Shown in pieces: positions 37,513 to 46,839 of a DNA stretch of 64,000 bases. The stretch comes from Mycobacteriales bacterium. GTDB lineage: Bacteria; Actinomycetota; Actinomycetes; Mycobacteriales; SCTD01. The notes below the pieces were generated by a model. It saw nothing but the letters and a program-made list of their open reading frames with translations, was not told the origin of the DNA and did not search any database. The translations under genes were made by a program, and so were the position numbers. The first letter of the stretch is position 1; each line of letters begins with the position of its first letter. The stretch covers positions 48,022 through 112,021 of the forward strand of contig DATLCV010000013.1 of the NCBI GenBank assembly GCA_035526225.1. Reading direction: 5' to 3'.

Positions 37513-38628
37513 TCAGCCCCGGCGGAGGACCACGACCAGCTCCACGTGCTCCGTCTGCGGGTAGAGGTCGAACACCCGCACGGAGGCGACCTCCCAGCCC
37601 GCGTCACGGAAGACGCGAAGGTCGCGGGCGCACGTGGCGGCGTCGCAGGACACGTACGCCACGGCACGCAGCGGCAGGGCGGCCAGCGCGGCCGACACGT
37701 CGAGCCCGGCGCCGGCCCGCGGCGGGTCGAGGACGACGAGGTCCGCCCGCAGCCCCCGCACGAGCACGGGCGTCACCGCGGCGGTCCGCACCCGCACCCA
37801 CGGCTGGTCGTCGGTGTTGCGCGCGGCGTCCGCGCATGCCCGGGCGCTGGCCTCGACGGCAAGCACAGAGCCCGTGGGGCCCACGACCGAGGCGAGCAGT
37901 GCCGTGAAGAGCCCGGCCCCGGCGTACAGGTCGACGACGCGGTCGCCCGGTCGCGGCTGCAGACCGGACAGCACGGCCTCCCAGAGCACCTCGGGCGCGC
38001 GCTCGTGGACCTGCCAGAAGCCGCCCGCCGCGACCTCGAACCGGCGTCCCGCGACGGCGACACGCACCCCCGGCCCGTCGGACCGGCGGCCGTCGACGGT
38101 CGTGACGTGCTGCCCCTGTACGGCGAGCACCTCGATGCTCGTGCCGGGCTCCCCCGACTGCGGTGGGGCCGCCGCGGCGATCAGGCACTGCTCGACCTCG
38201 AGGACGTCACGCGACCGGTGCGGGTGCAGGCCGACGGAGCCGCCGGGGCCGACCGACCACTGCACGCGCGTGCGCCACCCCCACCTCGGCTCTACGGGCT
38301 CGACGGTGCCGTCCCACTCGTGACCCGCGAGCCGGCGCAAGTGCTCGCGCACCAGCTCGGTCTTCAGGGCCAGCTGCGCGGACTCGGACGCGTGCTGCCA
38401 GTCGCACCCGCCGCAGGTCCCGGCGTACGGGCACGGTGCCGTCACGCGGTCGGGCGACGGCTCGAGCACCTCGACGGTGTCGGCGCGCAGGAACTTCGAG
38501 CCCTCCGACGTGACGACCACCCGCACGGTCTCCCCCGGCAGGCAGTGCCGCACGAAGACGACCCGGCCGTCCTCGGCACGTGCGACGCAGGCCCCGCCGG
38601 CCGCGACGCGCCCGACGGTGAGGATCAC
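37513..38628 (-). CDS. TRAM-domain class I SAM-dependent RNA (uracil-5) methyltransferase (RlmD/TrmA family)
   Basis: N-terminal TRAM-like beta region, Cys cluster CPYAGTCGGCDWQH, SAM motif VVDLYAGAGLF, DPPRAG, and C-terminal YVSCD. Confidence 0.9.
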   Translation of the reverse strand: MILTVGRVAAGGACVARAEDGRVVFVRHCLPGETVRVVVTSEGSKFLRADTVEVLEPSPDRVTAPCPYAGTCGGCDWQHASESAQLALKTELVREHLRRLAGHEWDGTVEPVEPRWGWRTRVQWSVGPGGSVGLHPHRSRDVLEVEQCLIAAAAPPQSGEPGTSIEVLAVQGQHVTTVDGRRSDGPGVRVAVAGRRFEVAAGGFWQVHERAPEVLWEAVLSGLQPRPGDRVVDLYAGAGLFTALLASVVGPTGSVLAVEASARACADAARNTDDQPWVRVRTAAVTPVLVRGLRADLVVLDPPRAGAGLDVSAALAALPLRAVAYVSCDAATCARDLRVFRDAGWEVASVRVFDLYPQTEHVELVVVLRRG

Positions 38629-38635
38629 CGGAGCG

Positions 38636-40636
38636 TCACTCCCTCGGTTCCGGGCGGCGGAACGTCGGCTGCTCCACCTCTTCCTTGCGGCGGTCGGAGG
38701 ACTGCAGCTGGTACGGCACGGACGTCACCATGACACCGGGCTGGAACAGCAGCCTTCCCTTGAGCCGCAGGGCGCTCTGGTTGTGCAGCAGCTGCTCCCA
38801 CCAGTGCCCGACGACGTACTCCGGGATGAAGACCGTGACGACGTCGCGCGGGGAAGACAGGCGGATCCTCCTCACGTACTCGAGGATCGGCCGGGTCACC
38901 TCCCGGTACGGCGAGTCGATGACCGTCAGCGGGATGTCGATGCCGCGGCGGTCCCACTCGGCTTGCAGTGCGTGCGTGTCGCCCGCGTCGACCGAGACGG
39001 TAAGGGCCGTCAGGTCGTGCGGGCGGGTCGCCTTGGCATAGGCCAGCGCCCGCAGCGTGGGGCTGTGCACCTTGGACACGAGCACGATCGCGTGGTTCCG
39101 CGACGGGAGCACGACGGTCTCGTCGGGCTCCGGGGTGAGCTCGATGCGCACCCGCTCGTAGTGCCTGCTGATGCGCCGCATGATGACGTAGAGCACGACC
39201 ATCGCCGCCAGCGCGATCCAGGCACCGTTCACGAACTTGGTGGCGAGGACGATCACCAGCACGGTCCCGGTCATCACCAGGCCGAAGGCGTTGATGACAC
39301 GGGAGCGCTGCATGCGGCCCCGCCTGGCGGGGTCGGTCTCCTGCCGCAGCAGCCGGGTCCAGTGCTTGACCATGCCGGTCTGGGACAGCGTGAAGGAGAT
39401 GAACACCCCCACGATGTAGAGCTGGATCAGCTTGGTGACCTCGGCGTTGAAAGACACGATGAGGACCACGGCGAAGAACGCGAGCAGCAGGATGCCGTTG
39501 CTGTAGGCCAGCCGGTCGCCGCGGGTGTGCAGCTGCCGGGGCAGGTAGCCGTCCTTGGCCAGGATCGAGCCGAGCACCGGAAAGCCGTTGAAGGCGGTGT
39601 TCGCCGCGAGGATGAGGATGATCCCGGTGAACGCGACCGTGAGGAAGAACAGCGGCCGCGCGTCGCTGAAGACCGCGTCGGCAAGCTGGCTGATGACCGT
39701 GTGCTGGGTGTACTCCTCGCCGACCGGAACGCCGTCACGAAGCAGGTGCTTGGCCGGCTCCTCGGTGTAGCGCAGGTGCGTCACGTTGCCCAGCGTGATG
39801 ATGCCCATGAGCATGGTCACGGCGATGGTCCCCATGAGCAGCAGGGTCGAGGCGGCGTTCTTGCTCTTGGGCTTCTTGAAGGCCGGGACGCCGTTGGAGA
39901 TCGCCTCGACACCGGTCAGCGCCGCGCACCCCGACGAGAAGGTCCGCAGCAGCAGGAACGCCGCACCGAACCCCGCGAAGCCGTTCACGAAGTCCTCGTC
40001 CGGGGCGATCGTGAACTGCGCGCTCTCGACGTCTGGCAGGTCGCCGAAGAAGTGCCGGTAGAGGCCGAACAGGGTCATCCCGACGATCGCGGCCATGAAG
40101 CCGTACGTCGGGATGGCGAACGCCGAGCCGGACTCCTTCACGCCCCGCAGGTTGACGGCCGTCAGCAGCACCACCAGGCCGACGGCGACCTCGGGCTCAC
40201 GGCCCTCGAGCGAGGGCAGGGCGGACGCGGCGTTCTGCACGCCCGACGACACCGACACCGCGACCGTGAGGACGTAGTCGACGAGCAGCGCCGCCGCGAC
40301 CGTGAGACCGAAGCGCTTGCCGAGGTTCTCGTTCGCGACCTCGTAGTCGCCGCCACCGCTCGGGTAGGCGTGCACGTTCTGCCGGTACGACGCCACCACG
40401 GTCAGCATGACCAGGACGACGGCGAGGCCGACCTTCCACGAGAACGAGTAGGCCGCGAGCCCCGCGAGGCTCAGCGTCAGGAAGATCTCGTCGGGCGCGT
40501 AGGCCACCGACGACAGCGCGTCGCTGGCGAACACGGGCAGGGCGATCTTCTTGGGGAGCAGCGTCTCGCCGAGCCGATCGCTGTGCAGCGCGCGGCCGAG
40601 GAGGACCCGCTTGAGGACATCGTTGACGCGCGACAC
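38636..40636 (-). CDS. APC superfamily permease with cytoplasmic C-terminal domain (Rv2690c-like)
   Basis: N-terminus LPVFASDALSSVAYAPDEI, about 12 TM segments, and a soluble C-terminal ~200 aa. Start set at GTG 40636; the 125-codon upstream extension in the track looks non-coding. Confidence 0.8.
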   Translation of the reverse strand: MSRVNDVLKRVLLGRALHSDRLGETLLPKKIALPVFASDALSSVAYAPDEIFLTLSLAGLAAYSFSWKVGLAVVLVMLTVVASYRQNVHAYPSGGGDYEVANENLGKRFGLTVAAALLVDYVLTVAVSVSSGVQNAASALPSLEGREPEVAVGLVVLLTAVNLRGVKESGSAFAIPTYGFMAAIVGMTLFGLYRHFFGDLPDVESAQFTIAPDEDFVNGFAGFGAAFLLLRTFSSGCAALTGVEAISNGVPAFKKPKSKNAASTLLLMGTIAVTMLMGIITLGNVTHLRYTEEPAKHLLRDGVPVGEEYTQHTVISQLADAVFSDARPLFFLTVAFTGIILILAANTAFNGFPVLGSILAKDGYLPRQLHTRGDRLAYSNGILLLAFFAVVLIVSFNAEVTKLIQLYIVGVFISFTLSQTGMVKHWTRLLRQETDPARRGRMQRSRVINAFGLVMTGTVLVIVLATKFVNGAWIALAAMVVLYVIMRRISRHYERVRIELTPEPDETVVLPSRNHAIVLVSKVHSPTLRALAYAKATRPHDLTALTVSVDAGDTHALQAEWDRRGIDIPLTVIDSPYREVTRPILEYVRRIRLSSPRDVVTVFIPEYVVGHWWEQLLHNQSALRLKGRLLFQPGVMVTSVPYQLQSSDRRKEEVEQPTFRRPEPRE

Positions 40637-40715
40637 GCAGGACAGCCTAGGGAGGCGACCCGTGTAGCGTCCGTGCCGGTCCCGGCACCGGGTCGGGAGG
40701 GCAGATGAGGGCACC

Positions 40716-41384
40716 GTGCACGTCGTGATCATGGGCTGCGGCCGGGTCGGCTCCGCGCTCGCCAAGAGCCTTGAGAGCAAGGGCCAGACCGTCGCCATCA
40801 TCGACCAGGACCCGACGGCGTTCCGGCGGCTGAACAGCGACTTCGCCGGCCTGCGCGTGACCGGTGTCGGCTTCGACCGGGACACGCTCGTCGAAGCCGG
40901 CATCGAAGGGGCGGACGCGTTCGCTGCCGTCAGCTCCGGCGACAACAGCAACATCATCGCGGCCCGGGTGGCGCGTGAGACCTTCGGCATCGAGAACGTC
41001 GTGGCCCGCATCTACGACTCCGGCCGGGCCGAGGTCTACCAGAAGCTGGGCATCCCCACGGTCGCGACGGTGCGCTGGACCGCGGACCAGGTCATGCGCC
41101 GGCTGCTGCCCGCGGGCACGCTCAGCGAGTGGCGCGACCCGAGCGGCCAGGTCGCCCTCGCGGAGGTCGAGGTCTCGCCTGCCTGGATCGGGCACCCGCT
41201 CCGCGACCTCGAGGAGTCCTCCGGGGCACGGGTGGCGCTGCTGACGCGGCTCGGCAACGGCGTCCTCCCTCACCGCGACACCGTCCTGCAGGACGGCGAC
41301 CTGGTCCACGTCACGATGCTCTGGGAGGAGCGCGAGCGGGTCGAGGCGGCGTTCGCGGCCGGGCCGACGGAGGGGGAGAGCTGA
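40716..41384 (+). CDS. trkA: TrkA-type potassium uptake regulatory protein (NAD-binding plus TrkA-C)
   Basis: VVIMGCGRVGSALA Rossmann motif and a C-terminal RCK_C-like domain. Confidence 0.9.
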   Translation: MHVVIMGCGRVGSALAKSLESKGQTVAIIDQDPTAFRRLNSDFAGLRVTGVGFDRDTLVEAGIEGADAFAAVSSGDNSNIIAARVARETFGIENVVARIYDSGRAEVYQKLGIPTVATVRWTADQVMRRLLPAGTLSEWRDPSGQVALAEVEVSPAWIGHPLRDLEESSGARVALLTRLGNGVLPHRDTVLQDGDLVHVTMLWEERERVEAAFAAGPTEGES

Positions 41385-42049
41385 TGCGCGTCGCCATCGC
41401 GGGAGCCGGCAACGTCGGGCGCTCCATCGCCGCCGAGCTGCTCGGCAACGGTCACAGCGTGCTGCTCATCGAGCGGGAGCAGCGCTCCATGAAGGTCGCG
41501 ACGGTGCCCGACGCCGAGTGGCTGCTCGGCGACTGCTGCGAGATGGACTCGCTCGTGCAGGCGCGGCTGCAGGACTGCGACGTGGTGGTCGCCGCCACCG
41601 GCGACGACAAGGTGAACCTCGTGCTCTCGCTGCTCGCCAAGACCGAGTTCGGGGTGGGACGCGTGGTGGCGCGGGTCAACCACCCGAAGAACGAGTGGCT
41701 GTTCAACGAGTCGTGGGGCGTCGACGTCTCCGTCTCCAGCCCGCGGCTGCTCGCAGCCGTCGTCGAGGAGGCGGTGAGCGTGGGCGACCTCGTGCGCCTG
41801 CTGACGTTCCGGCAGGGGCAGGCGAACCTCGTGGAGCTGACCCTGGCTCCCGACGCCGAGCTCGTCGGCCGCACGATCGGCTCCATCACCTGGCCCACCG
41901 ACAGCGCACTGGTGGCCATCCTGCGCGAGGGCCGGGTCCTGACCCCCGCCCCGGACGGCGCGCTCGAGGCCGGTGACGAGCTGCTGCTCGTCGCCAGCGC
42001 CGAGGTCGAGGCCGAGCTGGACGTCCTGCTCACGCGCACGACTGGCTGA
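41384..42049 (+). CDS. trkA: TrkA-type potassium uptake regulatory protein, second copy
   Basis: VAIAGAGNVGRSIA Rossmann motif. TGATG junction with the first copy. Matches the ceoB/ceoC pair arrangement. Confidence 0.9.
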   Translation: MRVAIAGAGNVGRSIAAELLGNGHSVLLIEREQRSMKVATVPDAEWLLGDCCEMDSLVQARLQDCDVVVAATGDDKVNLVLSLLAKTEFGVGRVVARVNHPKNEWLFNESWGVDVSVSSPRLLAAVVEEAVSVGDLVRLLTFRQGQANLVELTLAPDAELVGRTIGSITWPTDSALVAILREGRVLTPAPDGALEAGDELLLVASAEVEAELDVLLTRTTG

Positions 42050-42114
42050 CGACAGGGGTTCGCTCCTGCGGGCTCGGGTACACGCGGGGTACTGATCCCC
42101 CCGAGGAGGCACCC

Positions 42115-42672
42115 GTGTCCCAGGACGTCGTCGACCTGATCATGAACGATCACCGCGAGGTGGAGAGGCTGTTCGCGCAGCTCAAGGCCGAGCCGGCCAC
42201 GCGCGCGAACGTCGTCCCGGTCCTCACGACGCTGCTCACTGCCCACTCCCGTGCGGAGGAGGCAGAGGTCTACCCCGCCGCGAAGTCCGAAGCAGGTGAG
42301 ACGGAGGAGGTGGAGCACAGCCAGGAGGAGCACCTGGAGGCGGACAAGCTGCTCAAGAAGCTCATCGCCACCGACCCCACGGCTCCCGAGTTCGAGACCG
42401 CGCTCGCCGAGCTCGAGAAGGCGATCACTCACCACGTCGAGGAGGAGGAGTCGAAGGTGCTGCCCGGCCTGCGCTCCGGGCTCGAGGCGGACCGGTTGGT
42501 CTCCCTGGGTGAGGCGTTCCTGGCCAGCCGTGAGGAGCACCTGGGCGAGCAGCCGGTGGACCTGCGCAAGCAGGACCTGCTCCAGCAGGCCATGAACGCC
42601 GGCCTCCCCGGTGCGTGGGAGATGAGCAAGGACGAGCTGGAGAAGGCCCTCTCGGCGCGCGCGGAGAGCTAG
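42115..42672 (+). CDS. hemerythrin (HHE cation-binding) domain protein
   Basis: DLIMNDHREVERLF, HSRAEEAEVYP, HSQEEHLEA, HHVEEEE His/Glu ligand pattern. RBS GAGGAGG upstream. Confidence 0.8.
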   Translation: MSQDVVDLIMNDHREVERLFAQLKAEPATRANVVPVLTTLLTAHSRAEEAEVYPAAKSEAGETEEVEHSQEEHLEADKLLKKLIATDPTAPEFETALAELEKAITHHVEEEESKVLPGLRSGLEADRLVSLGEAFLASREEHLGEQPVDLRKQDLLQQAMNAGLPGAWEMSKDELEKALSARAES

Positions 42673-43334
42673 GGCGCGACGGCCGTCTCGTCGTCGGCCG
42701 GCAGCCCGGCGCGCTTCACGAGCGCGACGGTGAGCAGCGCCGAGCCGATGATGAGCGGCCACTTCACAGCGTTGATGACGATGAGGGTCGCCAGGTTGTC
42801 CTTCGGCTTGTCGCCGTACAGCACGTAGACGGTCGTGGCCACGCCTGCGCGCACGAAGAACGAGGCGCACCACACCCCGGTGGCCAGGGCACAGGCACGC
42901 CGCAGCGGCGGGTAGGTGCGCCACGCGGCGTAACGCGGGTCGGCCGCCGCCAGCCCGAGCGCGACCGCGGGCCGGCCGAGCAGCAGCGACAGCCCGAAGG
43001 CGACACCCGAGCCGGCCGTGATGATGATGCCGGGCAGGAAGATGCCCTTGCCGGTGCCGGTGCTGCGCACCACGAGCACGGCCACGAGCAGGCCGAAGAA
43101 CCCGCTGAACGCCTGCTGCAGCGACTCGCCCTGGCGGTGCCGCAGGGCCACGACGAGCAGCCCGGCGACCACGGCCGCGGCGATGGAGGCGTTGAGCGAG
43201 GCGAAGAAGCGCGCCACCACGAACACGGTGGCCGGGACCGAGCCGTCGAACAGGCCCTTCCAGCCGCCGAAGACCTCCAGCAGGGTGCCGGTCGTCAGCT
43301 CCTTCGGCGGGTCGTCGTGCGCCGCGTCAGCCAC
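42669..43334 (-). CDS. DUF3159-like membrane protein (Rv2693c-like)
   Basis: Polytopic membrane protein at the end of the dut operon. Family call is from memory of the conserved neighbourhood. Confidence 0.7.
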   Translation of the reverse strand: MADAAHDDPPKELTTGTLLEVFGGWKGLFDGSVPATVFVVARFFASLNASIAAAVVAGLLVVALRHRQGESLQQAFSGFFGLLVAVLVVRSTGTGKGIFLPGIIITAGSGVAFGLSLLLGRPAVALGLAAADPRYAAWRTYPPLRRACALATGVWCASFFVRAGVATTVYVLYGDKPKDNLATLIVINAVKWPLIIGSALLTVALVKRAGLPADDETAVAP

Positions 43335-43704
43335 GCTTCACCCGGAGCTCGTACGACGGGTTGAACACCGTCGGCTTGCCGTCCCGCTGCGTCAGCCGAC
43401 CCCGGGCCACGAGCGACCGGCCCGGGTCGAGCCCGCGGATGCGGCGCCGCCCGAGCCAGACGAGCGTGACGGTGCCGGTCCCGTCGTACAGCTCGGCCTC
43501 GAGGGTGGGCACCCCGGCGAGGGGACGCAGCACGACCTGGCGCAGCGTGCCGGCCACCACGACCGGCTCCCCCACCTGACAGGCGCTCACCGGAGAGGCG
43601 CCCGCCGCGACGGTCTCCGAGCGCAGCGCGGCGCTGTGCAGCTCGTGCTCGTCCGCCGTGAGGCGGTGGATCGCGCGCCGCAGCCGTCCTGGTTCGTGTC
43701 CCAC
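43327..43704 (-). CDS. OB-fold nucleic-acid-binding domain protein (Rv2694c-like)
   Basis: 125 aa with an OB-like core (VVVAGTLRQV...ELYDGTGTVTLVWLGRR). 8-nt overlap with the DUF3159 gene. Confidence 0.7.
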   Translation of the reverse strand: MGHEPGRLRRAIHRLTADEHELHSAALRSETVAAGASPVSACQVGEPVVVAGTLRQVVLRPLAGVPTLEAELYDGTGTVTLVWLGRRRIRGLDPGRSLVARGRLTQRDGKPTVFNPSYELRVKRG

Positions 43705-43729
43705 GGCTCGATGCTACGGCCGCGCGAGC

Positions 43730-44494
43730 TCAGTGGAGCTCGGTGATCTCCGGGCCGCGCTCCGGCATCGTCAGCGCCGGCCCCGGGTCGTCGGGCTGCG
43801 GCTGACCCGGTTGCTGCGCCTCCTCGGGCAGCGTGAGCACGAGCGGCTCGCGCGCCGGCATCGGCTCGGTGCCGCGGACGACGACGACGTTGCGGAGGGC
43901 CTCGAGCAGCGGCCGGGCGGCGAGATCCTCTGTGGCCGCAGGCCCGGTGAGCAAAGCCCGCAGGAACCACCGAGGCCCGTCGACGCCGACGAAGCGGGCC
44001 GGGGCGGGCACGACCCCCTGACCCGGCACCTCGTTGGGCACGACCGCGCGGAGCTCGGTGCCGAAGACCCCGGACCCCTCGCTCGCGCGGCCGCCGCCAC
44101 CGTTGAGGGCGTCGGCGATCTCCTGGCGCACCTCTCCCCAGATGCCCTCGCTGCGGGGTGCGGCGAAGACGTTGAGCTGTGCCGTGGACTCGCCGTGCAC
44201 GAGGGTGACGGCCATGACCTGGCCCTCCGGGTTGAGCTCGAGACGCAGCTCGACCTGGGGCGGGATGGCGACCTGCAGAGCGCCCAGGTCCACCCGCTCG
44301 GCAGGGGGTGCGTCCTCGGAGTCCCACGGCCCCTGCGGACGCACGGGTGCGGTGCGCTCCTCGGAGGGCAGCTCTCCCAGCTCGCGCAGGATCTCCGCGT
44401 CCTCGCGCGCCCGCTCCTCCGGATCGAGGTCGTCGACGAAGGCGTCGACCTCTGCCTCGGTGACCTCGACCTGCTTGTTGCGACGCCCGAACAT
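43730..44494 (-). CDS. DUF3710-like protein (Rv2696c-like)
   Basis: Starts MFGRRNK. Acidic N-terminus, and conserved GPWD...DLGAL and DGPRWFLR segments. The ATG overlaps the dut stop (ATGA). Confidence 0.7.
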   Translation of the reverse strand: MFGRRNKQVEVTEAEVDAFVDDLDPEERAREDAEILRELGELPSEERTAPVRPQGPWDSEDAPPAERVDLGALQVAIPPQVELRLELNPEGQVMAVTLVHGESTAQLNVFAAPRSEGIWGEVRQEIADALNGGGGRASEGSGVFGTELRAVVPNEVPGQGVVPAPARFVGVDGPRWFLRALLTGPAATEDLAARPLLEALRNVVVVRGTEPMPAREPLVLTLPEEAQQPGQPQPDDPGPALTMPERGPEITELH

Positions 44495-44952
44495 CAGTGC
44501 TCCCGTCCTGCCCAGCCACCGGTGGACCCGTGCCCGCCGGCTCCGCGCTCGGTCTCCGACAGCTCGGTGACCTCCCGCCACGTGACGTGCTCGACGCGCT
44601 GCACCACGAGCTGCGCCACGCGATCGAGCCGCCTCAGGTGCAGCGTCTCACGCGGGTCGTGGTTCACGAGGACGACCTTCACCTCGCCGCGGTAGCCGGC
44701 GTCGAGCGTGCCCGGCGCGTTGACCAGCCCCAGGCCGTGGTGCGCGGCCAGTCCGGACCGCGGGTGGACGAACCCGGCGTACCCCTGGGGGATCGCCAGC
44801 GCCAGCCCGGTGGGGACCAGTGCGCGCTCCCCCGGCGCCAGCGTGACGTCGACCGTGGTCACCAGGTCGCACCCGGCGTCGTCCGGCCGGGCGTACGACG
44901 GCAGCGGCACCTCAGGGTCCAGCCGCTGCACGTCGATCGCGAGGGCCTCCAC
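44494..44952 (-). CDS. dut: dUTP diphosphatase
   Basis: [23 protein letters not shown], and a C-terminal ...GHGSTG tail. Only the last 152 codons of the 654 aa track ORF are used. Confidence 0.95.
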   Translation of the reverse strand: MEALAIDVQRLDPEVPLPSYARPDDAGCDLVTTVDVTLAPGERALVPTGLALAIPQGYAGFVHPRSGLAAHHGLGLVNAPGTLDAGYRGEVKVVLVNHDPRETLHLRRLDRVAQLVVQRVEHVTWREVTELSETERGAGGHGSTGGWAGREH

Positions 44953-44970
44953 GGGGCGAGACCGTACCGT

Positions 44971-45444
44971 GTGGCCGTGCCCACTCGCGCCGTCTCCGAC
45001 CCTGGGACGTCCCCGGGCTACCGCGAGCGGCACCTCGTGCCTGTCCGCGGGGTGCTGGCAGTGCTCCTGGTCGCGCTCATCGCCGCGGCCGAGCTCCACG
45101 GCGGTGCGGGAGGCTGGCGCACCGTCGTCCCGTACGCCGGCCTGCTCCCGACCGCCGTCGTCGTCCTCGTGCTCCTGTCCCGCGGCGAGGTCCGCGTCGA
45201 CGACGGTGTCCTGCACGTGCCGGGAGCCCGCGCACCCCTGACAGCGTTCGGCGCCCCCGAGGTGCTCGACGGCCCGGCCTTGCGACGGGCGCTCGGCCCC
45301 GAGGCCGATGCGCTCGCGTGGGTGGCCGTCCGGCCCTGGCACCGCCGCGCGGTCAAGCTGCCCGTGGTCGACCCCGAGGACGACACGCCGTACTGGGTGG
45401 TGGGCACCCGACGGCCGGTCGCCCTGCTCGACGCGCTGTCCTAG
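44971..45444 (+). CDS. DUF3093-like membrane protein (Rv2698-like)
   Basis: YRERH... followed by two TM segments, then a soluble tail. Divergent from dut. Start is GTG 44971 or 44977. Confidence 0.65.
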   Translation: MAVPTRAVSDPGTSPGYRERHLVPVRGVLAVLLVALIAAAELHGGAGGWRTVVPYAGLLPTAVVVLVLLSRGEVRVDDGVLHVPGARAPLTAFGAPEVLDGPALRRALGPEADALAWVAVRPWHRRAVKLPVVDPEDDTPYWVVGTRRPVALLDALS

Positions 45445-45453
45445 GGTCCGACC

Positions 45454-46797
45454 ATGACGACGACCCTCACCGACGAGGACATCGCCTTCGCCGGAGTCGC
45501 AGGGCAGCGCGACCTGCTCCGCAGGGGAGCCGTCACGAGCGTGCGGCTGCTGGAGATCTCCCTCGCCCGGATCGAGCGGCTCGACCGCCGGCTCAACGCG
45601 TTCCGCACGCTGTTCTCCACCGCGCGGGCCGAGGCCGAGGCCGCCGACACCGCACTCGCAGCCGGGGACGACCGGCCGCTGCTGGGCGTGCCGATGGCCG
45701 TCAAGGACTACGTCGCGGTCACGGGACACGCGCCGGCGCACGGCACCGGATCGCCCGAGCCCGCGGCCGCGGCCGACGCCGAGGTGGTCCGCCGGCTGCG
45801 GGCCGCGGGAGCGGTCGTGGTGGGCACCACCAACCTGCCCGAGCTGGCGCTGTGGCCGTTCACCGAGTCGGACACGTTCGGCGCCACGCGGAACCCGTGG
45901 GACCCGACGCGCACACCCGGCGGCTCCTCCGGCGGCTCCGCGGCCGCCGTCGCGTCCGGGATGGTCGCCGCAGCCCTCGCCAGCGACGGCGGTGGCTCGA
46001 TCCGCATCCCGGCCGCCTGCTGCGGACTGGTGGGTCTCAAGCCCACCCGTGACCTGGTCTCCCTCGCGCCCCTGCACGAGCACTGGTTCGGCCTGTCGGT
46101 CGCGGGCTGCCTGACCCGCACCGTGGCCGACCAGGTGCTCGTGCTCAACGTGCTGCAGGACGTCCCCCTCGAGGCCGCCGACCCCGGGCCGCTGCGGGTC
46201 GCCTGGTCGCTCAAGGGCGCTGTCCGCGTCGGCATCGAGCCGGAGGTCAAGGCCGCGCTGCACGAGGCGGTGCGCCGGCTCGACGGCCTCGGCCACCGCG
46301 TCGTCAGGGCGGACCCCCGGTACGACGGGCTCTTCGAGTCGTTCGTCGTGCGCTTCGCCGCCGGTGCGGCTCAGGACCTCGCCGGGCTGGCAGACCCGTC
46401 GGCGACCGAGCGCCGCACCCGCGCCGTCGCAGCCGCCGGCCGTCGCCTGTCCGGCCACGCTCTGAACCGCGCCCGCCGCCTCGGGGACACCGCCGCGCTG
46501 CGCCTGCCTCGCGTGCCCGGCGGCGCCGACGTGCTGATCACGCCGACCATCCCCGGCGTCGCCCCGCCGGCTGAGTCGCTCACCGGCCTGCGCACGCTGG
46601 GGCTCGCCGGCCGTCGGGCGGCGTTCACGACGGCGTGGAACGTCACCGGGCAGCCGGCGCTGTCGGTGCCGGTGGGCTTCTCCGCGGAGGGACTGCCGCT
46701 GGCGGTGCAGCTCATCGGGCCGCCAGGCAGCGAGTCGCTGCTGCTGGGGCTGGCGGCGCAGCTCGAGCAGCCGACGGAGCGTCGCCCGGGCGTGTGA
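45454..46797 (+). CDS. amidase (amidase-signature family)
   Basis: Amidase signature [14 protein letters not shown], with catalytic Ser/Lys context (PMAVKD). Confidence 0.9.
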   Translation: MTTTLTDEDIAFAGVAGQRDLLRRGAVTSVRLLEISLARIERLDRRLNAFRTLFSTARAEAEAADTALAAGDDRPLLGVPMAVKDYVAVTGHAPAHGTGSPEPAAAADAEVVRRLRAAGAVVVGTTNLPELALWPFTESDTFGATRNPWDPTRTPGGSSGGSAAAVASGMVAAALASDGGGSIRIPAACCGLVGLKPTRDLVSLAPLHEHWFGLSVAGCLTRTVADQVLVLNVLQDVPLEAADPGPLRVAWSLKGAVRVGIEPEVKAALHEAVRRLDGLGHRVVRADPRYDGLFESFVVRFAAGAAQDLAGLADPSATERRTRAVAAAGRRLSGHALNRARRLGDTAALRLPRVPGGADVLITPTIPGVAPPAESLTGLRTLGLAGRRAAFTTAWNVTGQPALSVPVGFSAEGLPLAVQLIGPPGSESLLLGLAAQLEQPTERRPGV

Positions 46798-46839
46798 CGT
46801 CCCCCCTGGGCGCGCGGGGGCGCACTAGCGTCGCGATCT

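Noticed and set aside
40637-41011. 5-prime extension of the APC permease ORF (the track gives 791 aa).
   Set aside because: The extension overlaps the divergent trkA gene and its promoter region and is Ser/Arg/Thr-rich. The permease N-terminal consensus (LPVFASDALSSVAYA) begins shortly after GTG 40636.
42050-42114. GGTTCGCTCC segment resembling a tRNA T-arm, in the trkA/hemerythrin gap.
   Set aside because: The gap is only 65 nt, no acceptor or anticodon stems can be drawn, and the T-loop consensus is not met. The stretch ends in the hemerythrin RBS GAGGAGG.
44953-46458. A 500-codon N-terminal extension of the dut ORF (the track gives 654 aa).
   Set aside because: dUTPase homology covers only the last 152 codons, from GTG 44952. 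The extension is antisense to the DUF3093-like gene and the amidase, and looks non-coding.
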